Assembly: GCA_000004695.1 (NCBI GenBank)
Contig: CM000151.3
Coordinates: forward strand, 4,672,001-4,736,000
Origin: Dictyostelium discoideum
Lineage: Eukaryota
Direction: 5' to 3'
Length of the DNA stretch: 64,000 nt
Below the pieces are notes generated by a model. The model had not been told where the DNA came from. It saw nothing but the letters and a program-made list of their open reading frames with translations, and ran no database searches. This document shows positions 13,350-27,786 of this stretch, in pieces (position 1 is the first letter of the stretch; each line of letters opens with the position of its first letter). The translations under genes were made by a program, and so were the position numbers.

Positions 13350-14285
13350 CTTTAAAGAAAAAACAAGAACAAAAAAATGGAAATTAATTACTTTATATAC
13401 TGTAAAACAAACAAAAAAAAAAATTAATAATTATAGAAAAAAAATGTGAAAATAAAAAAAAAAAGAAAATTTTTAAAGGTTAATTTTTGTTTATTTTATT
13501 TTGTTCATTGGGGTTTATTTTTGTTTCAGATTTAATTTTATAACACTTTTTAAATAAAAAAAAAATTAATAAAAAAATAAAAAAACAAAATAAAACAAAA
13601 CAAAACAACAAAATAAAATAAAATAAAATAAAATGAAACAATATAAAACAAAATAAATCAAAAATAAATCAAACAAAACTAAACATAAAAAAATAAAATA
13701 ATAGAGCACTCAAAAATGCATAAAATGATATAAAAAAATAAAAATAATGAAAGTATTTTTTGGGGATTTACATAAAATAAAAGATTTTTTATTATAATTT
13801 GATAAGAAAACATTTATAAAGATCTTTATAAATTTAATATTAGCATATCACCTAATAGAGAAGTTGTCAAAGCAGTATTTGGTTTGGTTCGTGTTGTTAT
13901 TGCAACCTTTAAAGATACCAAATGTTGAACATTAACACAATAATTTATATAAATGATTTATTAATTAAATTAAATTAGTTAAAAATACTAGCCTAAATTA
14001 TTGCTCATGTTTTATCGGAATCTTGTAATAGAAAAATATAATAAAATTAAATAAATAAATAGATATAAATAAAAATAAAGTAATAAGTTGATGCTATTAT
14101 CGAAAATATCTAAAATTTATTATGAATATTTTTTACTATTGAAAATTTTTATACTTGAGATTTAAAATTATGTTTATGAGTTTTTCAATCGACATTAAAA
14201 ACTCACCACGTGGCTTTTTCCCACATAGGTGAGAAAAGTCTAATTTTTTTCAAAATAAATATTTTGGTGAATAATTTCAAAAATC

Positions 14286-15921
14286 TTAATCTTTATCTTC
14301 TGCCTTATATTTTTTAATTGGTGTTTGAAATACTTCGTTTGAAATTTCATGAGTATTTTTTGTTGGTTGTGGTGATGTTTCTTCTTTTTCTTTACGAGTT
14401 TTACTACGAGTTAATGGTGGTTGTGGTTGTGGTTTACCAGTTTGTGGTGGTAGTTGTATTTGTTTAACAGTTTGTGGTGGTGGATCTTTTGTTCGTCCTT
14501 CATCTATTAAAGTTTGGTACATTTCATTGCTGACAGCATCAATATCTAGTGGATCTATAGGATCTACAGATGAAAGGTCTATAAATACAACGACTCTATC
14601 ATTGTTGGGGGTAGAATGTCTAGCAACATGTCTTCTCTTAAGGTCTAAATGCTTGTAGCCAGCTCTCGCAAATCTAAGACAGGCTAATTCGACGAGTTTT
14701 AAAAATCTATGGTCTTTCCAATCATCTTCATCCTCATCAACAATTTTCAAGAATGGCATCAGTAAACATTGGTAATTATTCATAGAAACTGAAAGAGTTG
14801 TTATATCCCATGCATTCTTCCAGATAACTGTTTCTTTTTCTACTTTCTCTTTGGTAAAAGTATTATTGAAGAATTTGACTACAGTTAAATTCCTGTTTAC
14901 TGTTGTCTCTTTCCAAACATAACCATCTCTACCGCTGCCCAATCTAGAAATCAAAACTTATTTTTCTAAATCTTTAGTATCTTTAGAGAAATTTACCATT
15001 TCTTTGAGATCTGATTTAATTGTATATCTATCGAGATTCACCCAACGTGAACCTGTACTATCTATAACTTGATAAGATTTTAATGAACTAGAGGTTTCTA
15101 ATGCATCAATTAAACAAGCTTTCATTTTAAAAATGGCTGTACACAAGACATTGATTAAATCTGGGTCATTATGATGATAAACTCTTGAACAACATAATTC
15201 TCTTTTAAGATTAGAGTCACTTTCAAGAAGTGATTTTAAACTAGTTGATGGAGATTCAATTCTATTTGGTATTTTATTTCTATTTTCTTCTGGTAGTTTT
15301 TGCATTTGTTGTTTGCCACAATTTATTTCAATATCTTTAAATTTATCCAATTGATCAGCACCCATAGTCCATACTATTTTAAAAGAATTGTAAGTTGAAA
15401 AAATACCAAATACATGCTCAAGTGAAGAGCAGTTCTTAACCATCATGAGATAGTCAAAACATTGGCCCATAGCTTCGCTTGAATCCATAGCTCTCATTTC
15501 CTGAGTAGATATTTACAATCGATGGAAGTTTAACTTGTACAAAACCAATAGGTCGATCTACCATGCATATTAAAATAAAATCTGGAATCATACCGGATAT
15601 ACCTTTTTGTTTTTTCAATATGATATGGCTTTCCATTCCTGTTAAATATATAATATCACAAAGTAATCCATGGATCTTTTCGGATATGTCCATTTCATTT
15701 TCAAAATGGTATGGATCATCTGTTTGTAACAATTCCAAACCAAAATGTGTGTATAATTTTGATGCTTTTTTATGATCAGCAATATGTTTAATATGTTTTT
15801 TAAATTTGTTAAAATACCAAATTCTTTTGTATGGCATCACAAATTTTATGATGACTTGTTGATAATCTACCACGTATAGCTGGAATGCAACCTCTTTCAT
15901 ATAAAGATATAAAAAATACAA
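14286..15921 (-). pseudogene. Disrupted coding locus: three collinear ORF segments interrupted by one frameshift and one in-frame TAA; possible atypical kinase-like protein (very tentative)
   Basis: ORFs 15921-15454, 15497-14958 and 14954-14286 are collinear. The first two overlap by 44 nt in different frames, with no AT-rich intron-like sequence between them. The last two are in the same frame, separated only by TAA at 14960-14958. The C-terminal segment contains 'YKHLDLKRRHVARH', reminiscent of an H-x-D-x-K-x-x-N/H kinase catalytic loop; this is weak and the family is not identified. Confidence 0.4.
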
Positions 15922-17181
15922 AAAAGAAAAGTAAACTGGTTAGATTATGTTGTTGAATTGCGTTCCGTTTAACGGCTATATAGATAAATACTTTTTAAAG
16001 AAACCTTCATTTCTTGTTGTTGTTGTTGTTGTTTCTCATTTTGTAATTTTAATGTTTCTTCTTCTTGCTTTTTTCTTCTGCTTTTTCTTCTGCTTTTTCT
16101 TGTGCTTGTTGTATTTTTTCTTCTGCTTTTTCTTGCATCTTTTTTATTTTCTCTTCTTTAATATATGTATTATTATTTATTTTTTTGATTACTTTTTTTT
16201 TTTTTAAAAAAATCAATAAAAATTTATTGTTGATTTTTCCAGAATATTATGATGTGTTTATAGAAAATTCTCTATTTAAAAATCTAAAAAAATCTTATAA
16301 AAAATTATAAAAACTTTAATTTTTAAGTAAAATTGATTATCTTTGGAAGATTAAAGGTCATTCTTTAAAATAAAAATAAATTCGAATAAAATAATAAAAA
16401 TAAACTTAAATTTTGGAAATACTGTTCTTTTTTTATTATTTGTTGAAATTTTATTTGAGGGGAGGGGTATACTCAATTAGATTTTTTAAAAATTCTCCAA
16501 ACTCAATGAGTGTATTTGATTTTGTAATATAACTGGCAGTGAATGTTATTGACCATCAAAAGAAATTACATTCCAAAAAAAGAAAGTTCTCCAATGGTGA
16601 AAGCCCCTGAGGGTATACCAATACGATAAAATTTTCTATTAATGATGTCCACGTGGAATTAAAATAGTTTCTATAAATGTAAAATAGGATGGGTCCCTTT
16701 TTTGTATAGAATCATTTTCTTTTTCAAACGTTTTTTTATTGATTTTTGACCAATACTTAAATAATAAAATATATTTAGTAAGAAAGATAAGAAGATTTTT
16801 ACTGAAAATTTTTTATTTAAATTTTAAAATTTTTATAATTATTTTTCTTTTTTTGTCCAAAATATCTACTAAATTTTTTTTTTTTATTTTTCTATTTTTT
16901 TTTTTTATTTTATTTTATTTTTAAAAAAAAAAAAAAAAATTTTTTAATTAAACCCCTTTTTTTTTTTTTTATCATTGTTTTTTTTTTTTTTTTTTATTAT
17001 TTTTTTTTTTTTTAAATTTTTTATATTTCATATAGCAATAGAATCAAGTTTGATAAAAATACTATTATTATATAAATAAAATTATTTAAAATTTTTTATT
17101 TTTTTATTTTTTTTTTTCAGAAAAGTTTTTAATCCCGTATAAAAAAAGTAAAAAAAATAAATAAATAAAAAATCAAATAAA

Positions 17182-19451
<2,270 letters not shown>

Positions 19452-19676
19452 CTAAAAAAAATAAATAAATAATGAAAATAGTAAAAAAAAAAAAACAAAA
19501 AATAAAGAAATTGTATTAAATCAATAAATTGTTTATATTTTTTTTTTTTATTATTATCATTATTTCTTAAAAGTACATTTGATTATAGATAGGTTTTATA
19601 AATATATATATATATATAGATATGTATTACATTATTAATTATTAATTATTATTAATTATTAATTATTAATTATTAA

Positions 19677-21839
19677 CTAATTATTTAATTTAAGTTTTTC
19701 AAAAGCATTTTGTAATCTAATACGATCACCAATTGTTGAAGTTAAATGTGATAAATCAATTGAAGATAAACTTGAAAGAAGATCAAAAGTTACAAGTTCA
19801 TTTTCAAAAGTTTGAATTAAATGTGGAAGTTGATTATCTTTTAAAATGGTCCTAACTGATAAAACACGATCAATTTCAATTTTAATTGCATTATGAATTT
19901 CAGTGGTACGTGTACCAGCACCTTTTAAAACTTTTTCAAGTAAAATAGTATCTGGAATTGAAAGTAATTCATTACCAGATAAACAATATTGATAAAATTC
20001 AGGATTTGAAGTTACAACCTCTGGACAATTCATTCTAAAGTATAACCATGATAATAGATTTCTTGGTGTCCAATCTTGAATATAACGTGGAATCTTTGAC
20101 AGTTCATCCAATGGATTTGGTAGGATTACACGTTTTGGATCTGGTAATACTATATTAACCGGAAAGATTGTATATAAATCAATACAATCCAAGATATCTA
20201 AAACTGCTCTTACTTTATACTCGATTTTAATGATACCAGATTGATAAATTGAATTCAATAGAGTTTGTGGTGTTTCCATTACAACGATTTGAGTTGATTG
20301 TTGATTTTGTTGAATTTTTGGAAAGAAATTTTTTGAAACTTTTAAAACTTGTGTTGGTACACCTTTTTCGTGTTGAATTGAAATGGTGCGTTGTAATTCC
20401 AATTCAATCTTTTTAACCTTTTTTTTACTACTATTATTGACGTGAACTTGTAATTCAATATCTTCACCTGGATAATAGGAATTCTTTGGTGCCGTGATTG
20501 TCATTTCAATAGTACCACCTGTCAATGGTGATTTAGAACATTTCTCATGGATTTGTGATTGAGTCATACGATGAACTGTATCTTCGATATTTACAACGGT
20601 AATCTCTCTTTCCAATTGAATATCTGGTAGATTTACAATATCAGCATTGAATTGGAATCTATAGAGTACTTTATAGTTTCCAACACCATCGATTGAGGAA
20701 TTACAATGTTTTGGAATAAAGAATTCAAATGGGTAGATATGTTTACCAATATCCAATGCAACCTTTTGATTTTGTGAATTTGGTGAACTTGGTCCAATTG
20801 ATGTGTGTAGTAAATTTCTTAAATCTTGAATCAATTCTTTTTGTTTTTTACCACAAACTGATGTTTTACCCTTTAATGAAACGAAAAGACTTCTAACTAC
20901 AATTGGTTGATTAACATATAAAACCAATGATGCTCTAACTGGTTCACCTGTAACATATATGGTTTTTTGATAAAGATCATTTGGTAATATAAATTCTGCT
21001 TCTAATACTGTTGGATGAGTTTTCAAATAAATTGGTTCATAATAAACTGGTGGTGGTAATTGACCATTGGAACTAATTAAATTTTGTTGTTGAATTTGAT
21101 TTTGAATTATATTTGGATTACCATCTGGACTAATATGTTGTTGTAATGGATATGGTGGATTAAATTGAAATCCAACACGAACATAACCTTTTTTATCTAA
21201 ATTTAACCATTTATCAGTTTGTCCAAATGTTGCTGCTTCCCTTAATATTGCTATTGGTAATTGTACTTTACCTAAACTATCATGTTTACCAAATCTATCC
21301 CAATCTAAGCATTCAACTTCAATAATTGCATTAGGATCATTAACATTAATTATACCACTTTTTTTTTAAAAAAAATAATAAATAAAATTAATATTTTTTT
21401 ATTCTTTATTTTTATTTTTTAAAAAAAAAAAAAAAAAAAAATGTGTTTGAACACACACCAAAATAGTTTATAGAGAGTGATAAAACTATTATTAAACTTA
21501 CATATCAAATGATTGATTCCAAACTGGTGATAAAGTATTTTTAATGGTTTCAGTTTTAAAACTATTACCATTAAATTTTAATTTAACATATGGATCACTA
21601 CTCGATCCACCATTATCTGAACCTTTTAATTCTTTGCCTTCAACAATAAATAATCTTAATCCTTTATATATAAAGTTAAAATTGTATATTATTATTATTA
21701 TTATTAAGAAAAAAAAAAAAACTTTATTGCAAAAAATAATATACATGTATATATTCACTAAACAAATAAAAAAAAATAAAAAATAAAAAAATTAAAAAAA
21801 ATAATAAAAAATTATATTGCACATACCTCTGTTATCCAT
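19677..21839 (-). CDS. Arrestin-domain-containing protein with an N-terminal C2 domain and a C-terminal SAM domain (Dictyostelium AdcB/AdcC architecture); 3 exons: join(21839..21827, 21661..21502, 21357..19677) on the - strand
   Basis: The 13-nt first coding exon is 'ATGGATAACAGAG' followed by a GTATGT donor. Exon 2 encodes the N-terminal half of the C2 domain, 'GLRLFIVEGKELKGSDNGGSSSDPYVKLKFNGNSFKTETIKNTLSPVWNQSFD'; it starts in phase 1 and ends at a GTAAGT donor. Exon 3 continues with 'IGIINVNDPNAIIEVECLDWDRFGKHDSLGKVQLPIAIL', the C-terminal half of the C2 domain, then arrestin-N/C-like beta-sandwich sequence, then a SAM-like end 'LSIPDTILLEKVLKGAGTRTTEIHNAIKIEIDRV'. Introns are 165 and 144 nt, AT-rich, and end in AG. 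Confidence 0.8.
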
Positions 21840-21883
21840 TTCCAAATATACTAAATGATCTGAAAGCAAATTTTAAAAAATTT

Positions 21884-21922
<39 letters not shown>

Positions 21923-22309
21923 GGGTTTGAAAAATTAACAAGGGGTTGCCATTAACAAAAAAAAAAAAAAAAAAATTTTTGAGATTTATTAATGACAAAC
22001 ACCCCCTTTGAAAATCAAAAATATCCTTTTTTTTTTTTTTTTAAAAAAATTTTTTTTTAATTTATTTTTTTTGGTCATGGTTGGATTAAAATTTTCAACC
22101 GACCTAAAACACTCATTTTTTATTATTATCTTTTTTTTTTTTGAATTTTTTATTTGAAATCAACTCGATTTTCCACCACAAACAATTTAATAAAAAAAAA
22201 AAATTAAAAATAAATAAATGAGAAAAAAATCAAAAAAATCAAAATAATTAGAAAAACCAAAAAAAAAAAAAAAATAAAATTAAAAATAAAATTGAAAATA
22301 AAATTAAAA

Positions 22310-22359
<50 letters not shown>

Positions 22360-22420
22360 TTTAAAATTAAATAACCCAACATCTTCACAAAATCCAAATA
22401 AAAAATAAAAAATTGACAAT

Positions 22421-22495
22421 TTGGGAACAAGGTTTATGTGATTGATCTTCTGGTATCAGAGTTTGTTGTATCAGTTAATTATGACCAGTAAGTAT
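22421..22495 (+). pseudogene. Decayed fragment of a PLAC8 paralogue: exon 1 and exon 2 equivalents fused without intron 1, retaining a GTAAGT donor, with frame-disrupting changes
   Basis: 'caATTTGGGAACAAGGTTTATGTGATTGATCTTCTGGTATCAGAGTTTGTTGTATCAGTTAATTATGACCAGTAAGTAT' aligns to exon 1 'ATGTCAAATTGGGAACACG' plus exon 2 'GTTTATGCGATTGCACTTCAGATATCAGAGTTTGCTGTATCTCTTATTTATGGCCACAAG' plus 'gtaactat' of the intact gene at 24068-24388. There is no ATG, a 1-nt insertion, and an in-frame TGA. Confidence 0.5.
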
Positions 22496-23214
22496 TTAAA
22501 AATTTAAATATTTAAATAATTTGATTAAATCTCTTATTAATTTTATTTTTTAAAAAATAATAATTATAATAATAACAAGAATAATAGATAATATCTATTT
22601 TATAAAGTACACTAAAAAGATAAATTTGATGGATAATTATCAATTTAAAAAAAAAAAAAAAAAAAAAGATATTTTTTTTTTTTTATTATGACGTGTTAAA
22701 ATTTTAAAAGAAAAAAAAAGTTGTGTTTACTTCACCCATAGAAGTTTCCACATACTGATAATTACTTTTTTTTTTTTTTTTTTGATAAATTGAGATTGTA
22801 TTATAATACTACTAGTATAATACAACCTCAATAAAAATAAAATGAAATATCTGATTAAACCAAACAAAGGTATTTTTTATTTTATGATATTTTACAATTC
22901 TTGAAATATATTTCACTTGAATAATTTAAATAATAAAATTTTTTAGTATGAGTGAAAAAAAAAAAAAAAATCAATCTGATTTAAAAGGATATTTTTATGT
23001 TTATCATAGGTTGAATGTGTGAATAAAATTTTATTTTTTGTAGTGTTAAGCAATGAATAGGTAAGAAACGAGTTTGATTTTTTAATATAATTTCAAATTT
23101 ATTTAAATATATTAATAATAAAATCTAAAAAATCAACATTGTTTTGAAATTATTCAAAAAAAAATAATCAATCTCCCAAATATAATTCAGAAAAATTTGC
23201 AGACTCATTCTTTG

Positions 23215-23263
<49 letters not shown>

Positions 23264-24067
23264 TATTTATTATTTTTTTGTGACGTGAGCAAATTTTTAA
23301 AAAAATTATCAAAATGTGCACAATAACAGTAATTGGTTGTGTAATCCCACTTTATATATTCTCACACACGAATCTTTTCAATGATTATATATTTATATAT
23401 ATATTTACAACTCTATACTATTTATTTATTATTTTTTAAAAACAAAAAAATTTAGTTATGTATGAAAACTTAAAAAAAAAAAAAGTTGCTTTGGCTTAGT
23501 TGGTTAAGCGCTTGCCAAGCCAAAAAAAAGTTAGTTTTTCCAATTCAAAAAAAAGTTATGTATGAAAACTAAATTTTCAATAAAGTTATGAAAAAAAAAC
23601 TAAATTTGATCTTTTTAATGGAAAAATTATTAAAATTTTAATGGTCAATAACTGAAAAAATATTTTAAGAAAAAAAAAAGATATTTTTCTCAAAAAAATA
23701 GGGGAGTGTTGACAAGCATAAATTTTTTTGTACAGTTTTTCATCATTGTCTTAACCGCAAAAAATTTAAAATAAAAAAAAAAAAAAAAAAAAATTTCATC
23801 ACTAAATTCATCATATCTACCCGGGAAAAAAACACAAAAAAAAAAAAAAAAAATGAAAATTTAAAAAAATAATTTAAAATATCCATCATTTTGATATTTT
23901 AAAACTCGTATTGCCAAGAAAAAATTTATTTAATTTTGAATTAAATTATTTATTTTATTTTTCCTCTTTTTTTTTTTTTCTTACGAAAAAAAACTATTTT
24001 TAAAGACAGTAGACTACTTTTTTTTTTTTTTTTTTCTAATCATTGTTAGGTTACACACAAATATATA

Positions 24068-24774
24068 TAAATACATAATGTCAAATTGGGAACACGGTAA
24101 ATATTTTTTTGTTTATATGATGCCATCACATGGCACAAAAAAATAAAAAAAATAAAAAAAAAATAAAAAAGAAACAAAATAAACCAAAAGAAAATATAAT
24201 CGTCATGCACAATATTATTAATATAGTTCTAACGGTTATAAATTACTTTTTTTTTTTTTTTTTTTTTTTTTTATCATCATCATAATTATTTTTATAACCT
24301 ACTTTTTTTATCATAATAAATAGGTTTATGCGATTGCACTTCAGATATCAGAGTTTGCTGTATCTCTTATTTATGGCCACAAGTAACTATCTATAATAAT
24401 TATGATATTTTTAAAATAAATTAATTGAAATATTAACATTTATCTCTGTTTTCTTTAATAATAACTAATTTTTCACATTTATCTTTGTTATTTCTAATGA
24501 AAACCAAATTTTTGACCCCAAGCTTCAAGTTATGCAACAAAGAGCAACCGTAGATGGTCGTCAATGTGAGATTACAGATTGCCTCTTTACCGCTTTATGT
24601 TTCCCATGTGTTACTTGTTTAACTCGTTCACAAATCAGAGAAAAACACGGTATTGAAGGTTCAGGTGTTATGGATTGTTTAACCGTTTGTTATTGTACCC
24701 TTTGTGTTATTCACCAACAAACCATGCAACTCCAAGCTAAAGGTGAAAAACCATCTGGTCTTTTCATGAACTAA
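24068..24774 (+). CDS. PLAC8-family (Cys-rich, DUF614) protein, 110 aa; 3 exons: join(24068..24086, 24324..24382, 24523..24774)
   Basis: The spliced product 'MSNWEHGLCDCTSDIRVCCISYLWPQLQVMQQRATVDGRQCEITDCLFTALCFPCVTCLTRSQIREKHGIEGSGVMDCLTVCYCTLCVIHQQTMQLQAKGEKPSGLFMN' matches the PLAC8 signature (N-W-x-x-G-[LM]-C-D-C ... C-x-P-C ... R-x-x-[IY]-R-x-K-x-x-I-x-G ... D-C ... C-C-x-x-C ... Q). Intron 1 runs GTAAAT...AAATAG (phase 1). Intron 2 runs GTAACT...CCCAAG (phase 0). Confidence 0.75.
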
Positions 24775-25524
24775 ATTATTTTTTTTTTCTTAAATTAAAA
24801 AAAATAAAAAATAAAATAAATTAAATATATAAATAAATAAATATACCGACTTTAAATTTTTTAATAATTTTTTTTTTTTTTTTTAAAAAAACTTTTGTTT
24901 ATAAATAAAAAGTTGTTTTAAGTTCTCTCTGACCAATATACTAATAGTCATCAAAATATATTCAGCAACTGGCCAATCAATCAACACAAATGTTTCCACT
25001 GAAGCATTCTTTACTCTTGGTGATTCAACCAATAAATGCTAGTTTTTAGTTGTTAAAGATAATAGGTGTATTTATGGTTTGTCAGTATTAGAAAAAGTTG
25101 GTATCAATATTGGAGTTTAATTTACTGTCCAAAGACTGGTAGTTCCCATCGAATGGTGGTAGAAAATGGAATTACCGCTTAAACAAAATTTTAAAGCAAC
25201 CAAGATTAGATAATTTAAATAAAAATAAAATCAAAGAACCATTAGATAATAATAATAAAAAATTAATGATATTAGAACACAAAGTATAAATTAGAAAAAC
25301 AAAATCAACAACTTGTTACTCATGAGAAAGAGTATCAAGAGAAAATAGCATTATCTAATTCTCATTTTTAGTTATTACAAAAGTTATGTAATCAATTACA
25401 TGGTCAACCTAGCTTCTTCAACAAAAACAAGAACAAGATCAACAAGAACAAGATCAACAACATATTCAACAACCAAATGAAAAACAAGATTTATCGAAAT
25501 TAAATCATAATCCAAATCTAAGTG

Positions 25525-25564
<40 letters not shown>

Positions 25565-25573
25565 AATTCAAAT

Positions 25574-25745
25574 ATTTTTGACCCCAAGCTTGAGAAAAAC
25601 ACGGTATTGAAGGTTCGGGTGTTGTGGATTGTTTGACCGTTTGTTATTGTACCCTTTGTGTTATTCACCAACAAACCATGCAACTCCAAGCTAAAGGTGA
25701 AAAACCATCTGGTCTTTTCATGAACTAAATTATTTTTTTTCCCCA
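25574..25745 (+). pseudogene. Truncated duplicate of PLAC8 exon 3 plus its 3' flank, with an internal deletion of about 115 bp; it lies in a 2.4-kb tract of decayed coding-like sequence
   Basis: 'atttttgaccccaagctt|gagaaaaacacggtattgaaggttcgggtgttgtggattgtttgaccgtttgttattgtaccctttgtgttattcaccaacaaaccatgcaactccaagctaaaggtgaaaaaccatctggtcttttcatgaactaaattattttttt' is near-identical to 24505-24785, except that the segment 'cttcaagttatgcaacaa...tcacaaatcagag' is missing. Confidence 0.65.
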
Positions 25746-27285
25746 AATAAAAAATAAAAAATAAAATAAATTAAAATTATTAAATACAAAGAATATGAAA
25801 AAGGAAAAAAGAAAGAGGAATTTTGGAAATTCGATTTTAGTTTATACTCTGTCCACATAATAAAAATTATGAAGTTTTTAGAAAACTTGGTACTATGGTT
25901 TGAAATAAACAAGAAATATTTTAAGAATTATGTTATTGTGAAAGGTGCGATGATCCAAAATTGGTTAAAATATCTAAAGAACAGTTTAAACAAATTAAAA
26001 ATACGTACTCATTGGTTGCTAAAAATCATAAAGTAAACCCAACATTTATTGAAAAAGAAATTGCAAGATATAATAATGAAAATTCAATGTACATAATAAT
26101 AGTTCATAAAGATTTTGTTTTTGTGGTAACGAAGACCCTATCATAGAATTAATCCCTTATTCATTAAATAATAAAACAAGAAGGGAAGAAATTGATTAAA
26201 AAGACGCTACTTTTGCAACATTAAAACAAATGTTTAGAATGCTTAAAGTTTGAATATAAAAAGCATTCCAGATAAATCAATGTCCAAATCTAAAGAAACA
26301 ATTAATGAATGATCAAAGTTAAAAACAAATGTTGAAAATTCATCAGAAGTTTTTGATGCATTAAAAAACGGTTCACTCTACACATCAATGTTATTTTAAA
26401 GTTGTTTGTTCAATCGATCGATTGTAAGAATTTAGAAATCCAGATTTAAATTTCAATGACCATCATACTAGCAAGTGCATTGGTTGTAATATAGGATATA
26501 TTTTAACAAAATTATTCACAACAATTGATATTATTTGCAATAGTTAACCAATTTCAACAAACTCTGAAAGTATTAAGGAAATCAAGAAAAAAAATGAAAT
26601 CACTCACCGATAAATATTTTAATAAATTTGAAATTAGCTTTTTAGATATTTGTGGCCATTCCATTAGTTTTAATTCAGCATCATTATTGCATGGTGGAAC
26701 TTCTATTTCTACTATTTTAGAATCAATTTCAAAATGTCCAACATGCTCATCAATAGAAAGTATTAAATATGGATTAAAAGCTTTTGTTACCATGAATTCA
26801 GATAAAATCGAATACTGAAGATGAAACGGAGAAATTTTTTCACCAATCTTACCATCAGAATTGAATGAATTATTTAAATTCGTAGCAATTCATTATCTTT
26901 TAAAATTCAAACCATAACTACATGTAATCATAAAATAAAAACAAACAATACATAAATAAATAAATAATTTAGGTTCTTCAGCTAATTTAGATGATGTCCT
27001 TTTTCTTGTTGATGAGTCCAATTGAGCAACAGTATTTGGGTGTGATGTTTTTATTTCAACTCTTCTTGGTTTATAAAGAGTTTAAATTTCCTAATCACCA
27101 TAGTTGAAAGGAGGTGTAATGGTAGTTGAAGAGGAAACTATTTTTGAGTATTTAGTGGAACTACTCTTGAATTTGATTTTTTGATTAAACTAGTGTTTAA
27201 TGATCTTGTTTTAAAACCACTAGATTGATTTTAATTTCTAAATCTAATTCTGATTTTAAGTTTTTGACTTTAATCATATTTGCAG

Positions 27286-27317
<32 letters not shown>

Positions 27318-27493
27318 CACCAAAAGCGATTTTTTTATTTTAATTTATTTTTTTTTTTTTTATTGAAATAAATTTTAAAAATTTTTATTTGACCAAAAAA
27401 AAAAAAAAAGATATTTTTGGGAATTGTGATTTTTTTTTTCTTTTTTTCACTTTTTTTTTTTTAAATTTTTTTTTTATTTATTATTTTACCACG

Positions 27494-27745
27494 ATGAGAA
27501 TTATTTTATTGCTTTTTTTAATTGTTTTCGTTGTTGCTCAAAGTTCATCATCATCATCCTCTTCAGGATGTCCATGTGATTCATCATATTTATGTGAACC
27601 ACTTCAAATTGCACCAAGACAAGAGTTTTTAGGTTTTTCATTAAATAGCACGCAATATCCAAATTATTATTGGAATCAATTAACAACACTTGCGAGTAAA
27701 TATTTTATATTATTATATTTTATATTATTAAATTTAGTTATAGAT

Positions 27746-27786
<41 letters not shown>

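Noticed and set aside
14954-15500. Introns joining the three kinase-like ORF segments
   Set aside because: The gaps are 3 nt and -44 nt. The sequence between them is coding-like rather than >85% A/T, and no GT...AG pair in a compatible phase exists. Interpreted as a nonsense mutation plus a frameshift.
16440-16700. Locally GC-richer segment with 'GGGGTATAC'/'GGGTATACC' direct repeats and a CACGTG palindrome; possible ncRNA
   Set aside because: No recognisable snRNA, snoRNA or Class I motif and no convincing long-range pairing. Too weak to report beyond this note.
21498-21758. The ORF-track N-terminus 'MNIYMYIIFCNKVFFFFLIIIIIIYNFNFIYK' as the start of the C2-arrestin gene
   Set aside because: That stretch is AT-rich intron read in frame. 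The real exon begins at the AG acceptor at 21662, and the initiator ATG is in a 13-nt micro-exon at 21839-21827 with a GTATGT donor.
23485-23530. Possible intact tRNA gene
   Set aside because: Only the acceptor stem and D-arm can be drawn. The would-be anticodon region 'CTTGCCAAG' pairs with itself, with no anticodon loop. There is no T-arm (GTTCGAATC-like) and no 3' acceptor complement. Kept only as a tRNA-like fragment.
25396-25746. 116-aa ORF on the - strand overlapping the truncated PLAC8 exon copy
   Set aside because: It runs antisense through a poly(T) tract and the pseudo-exon. It has no family resemblance and is an incidental open frame in decayed sequence.
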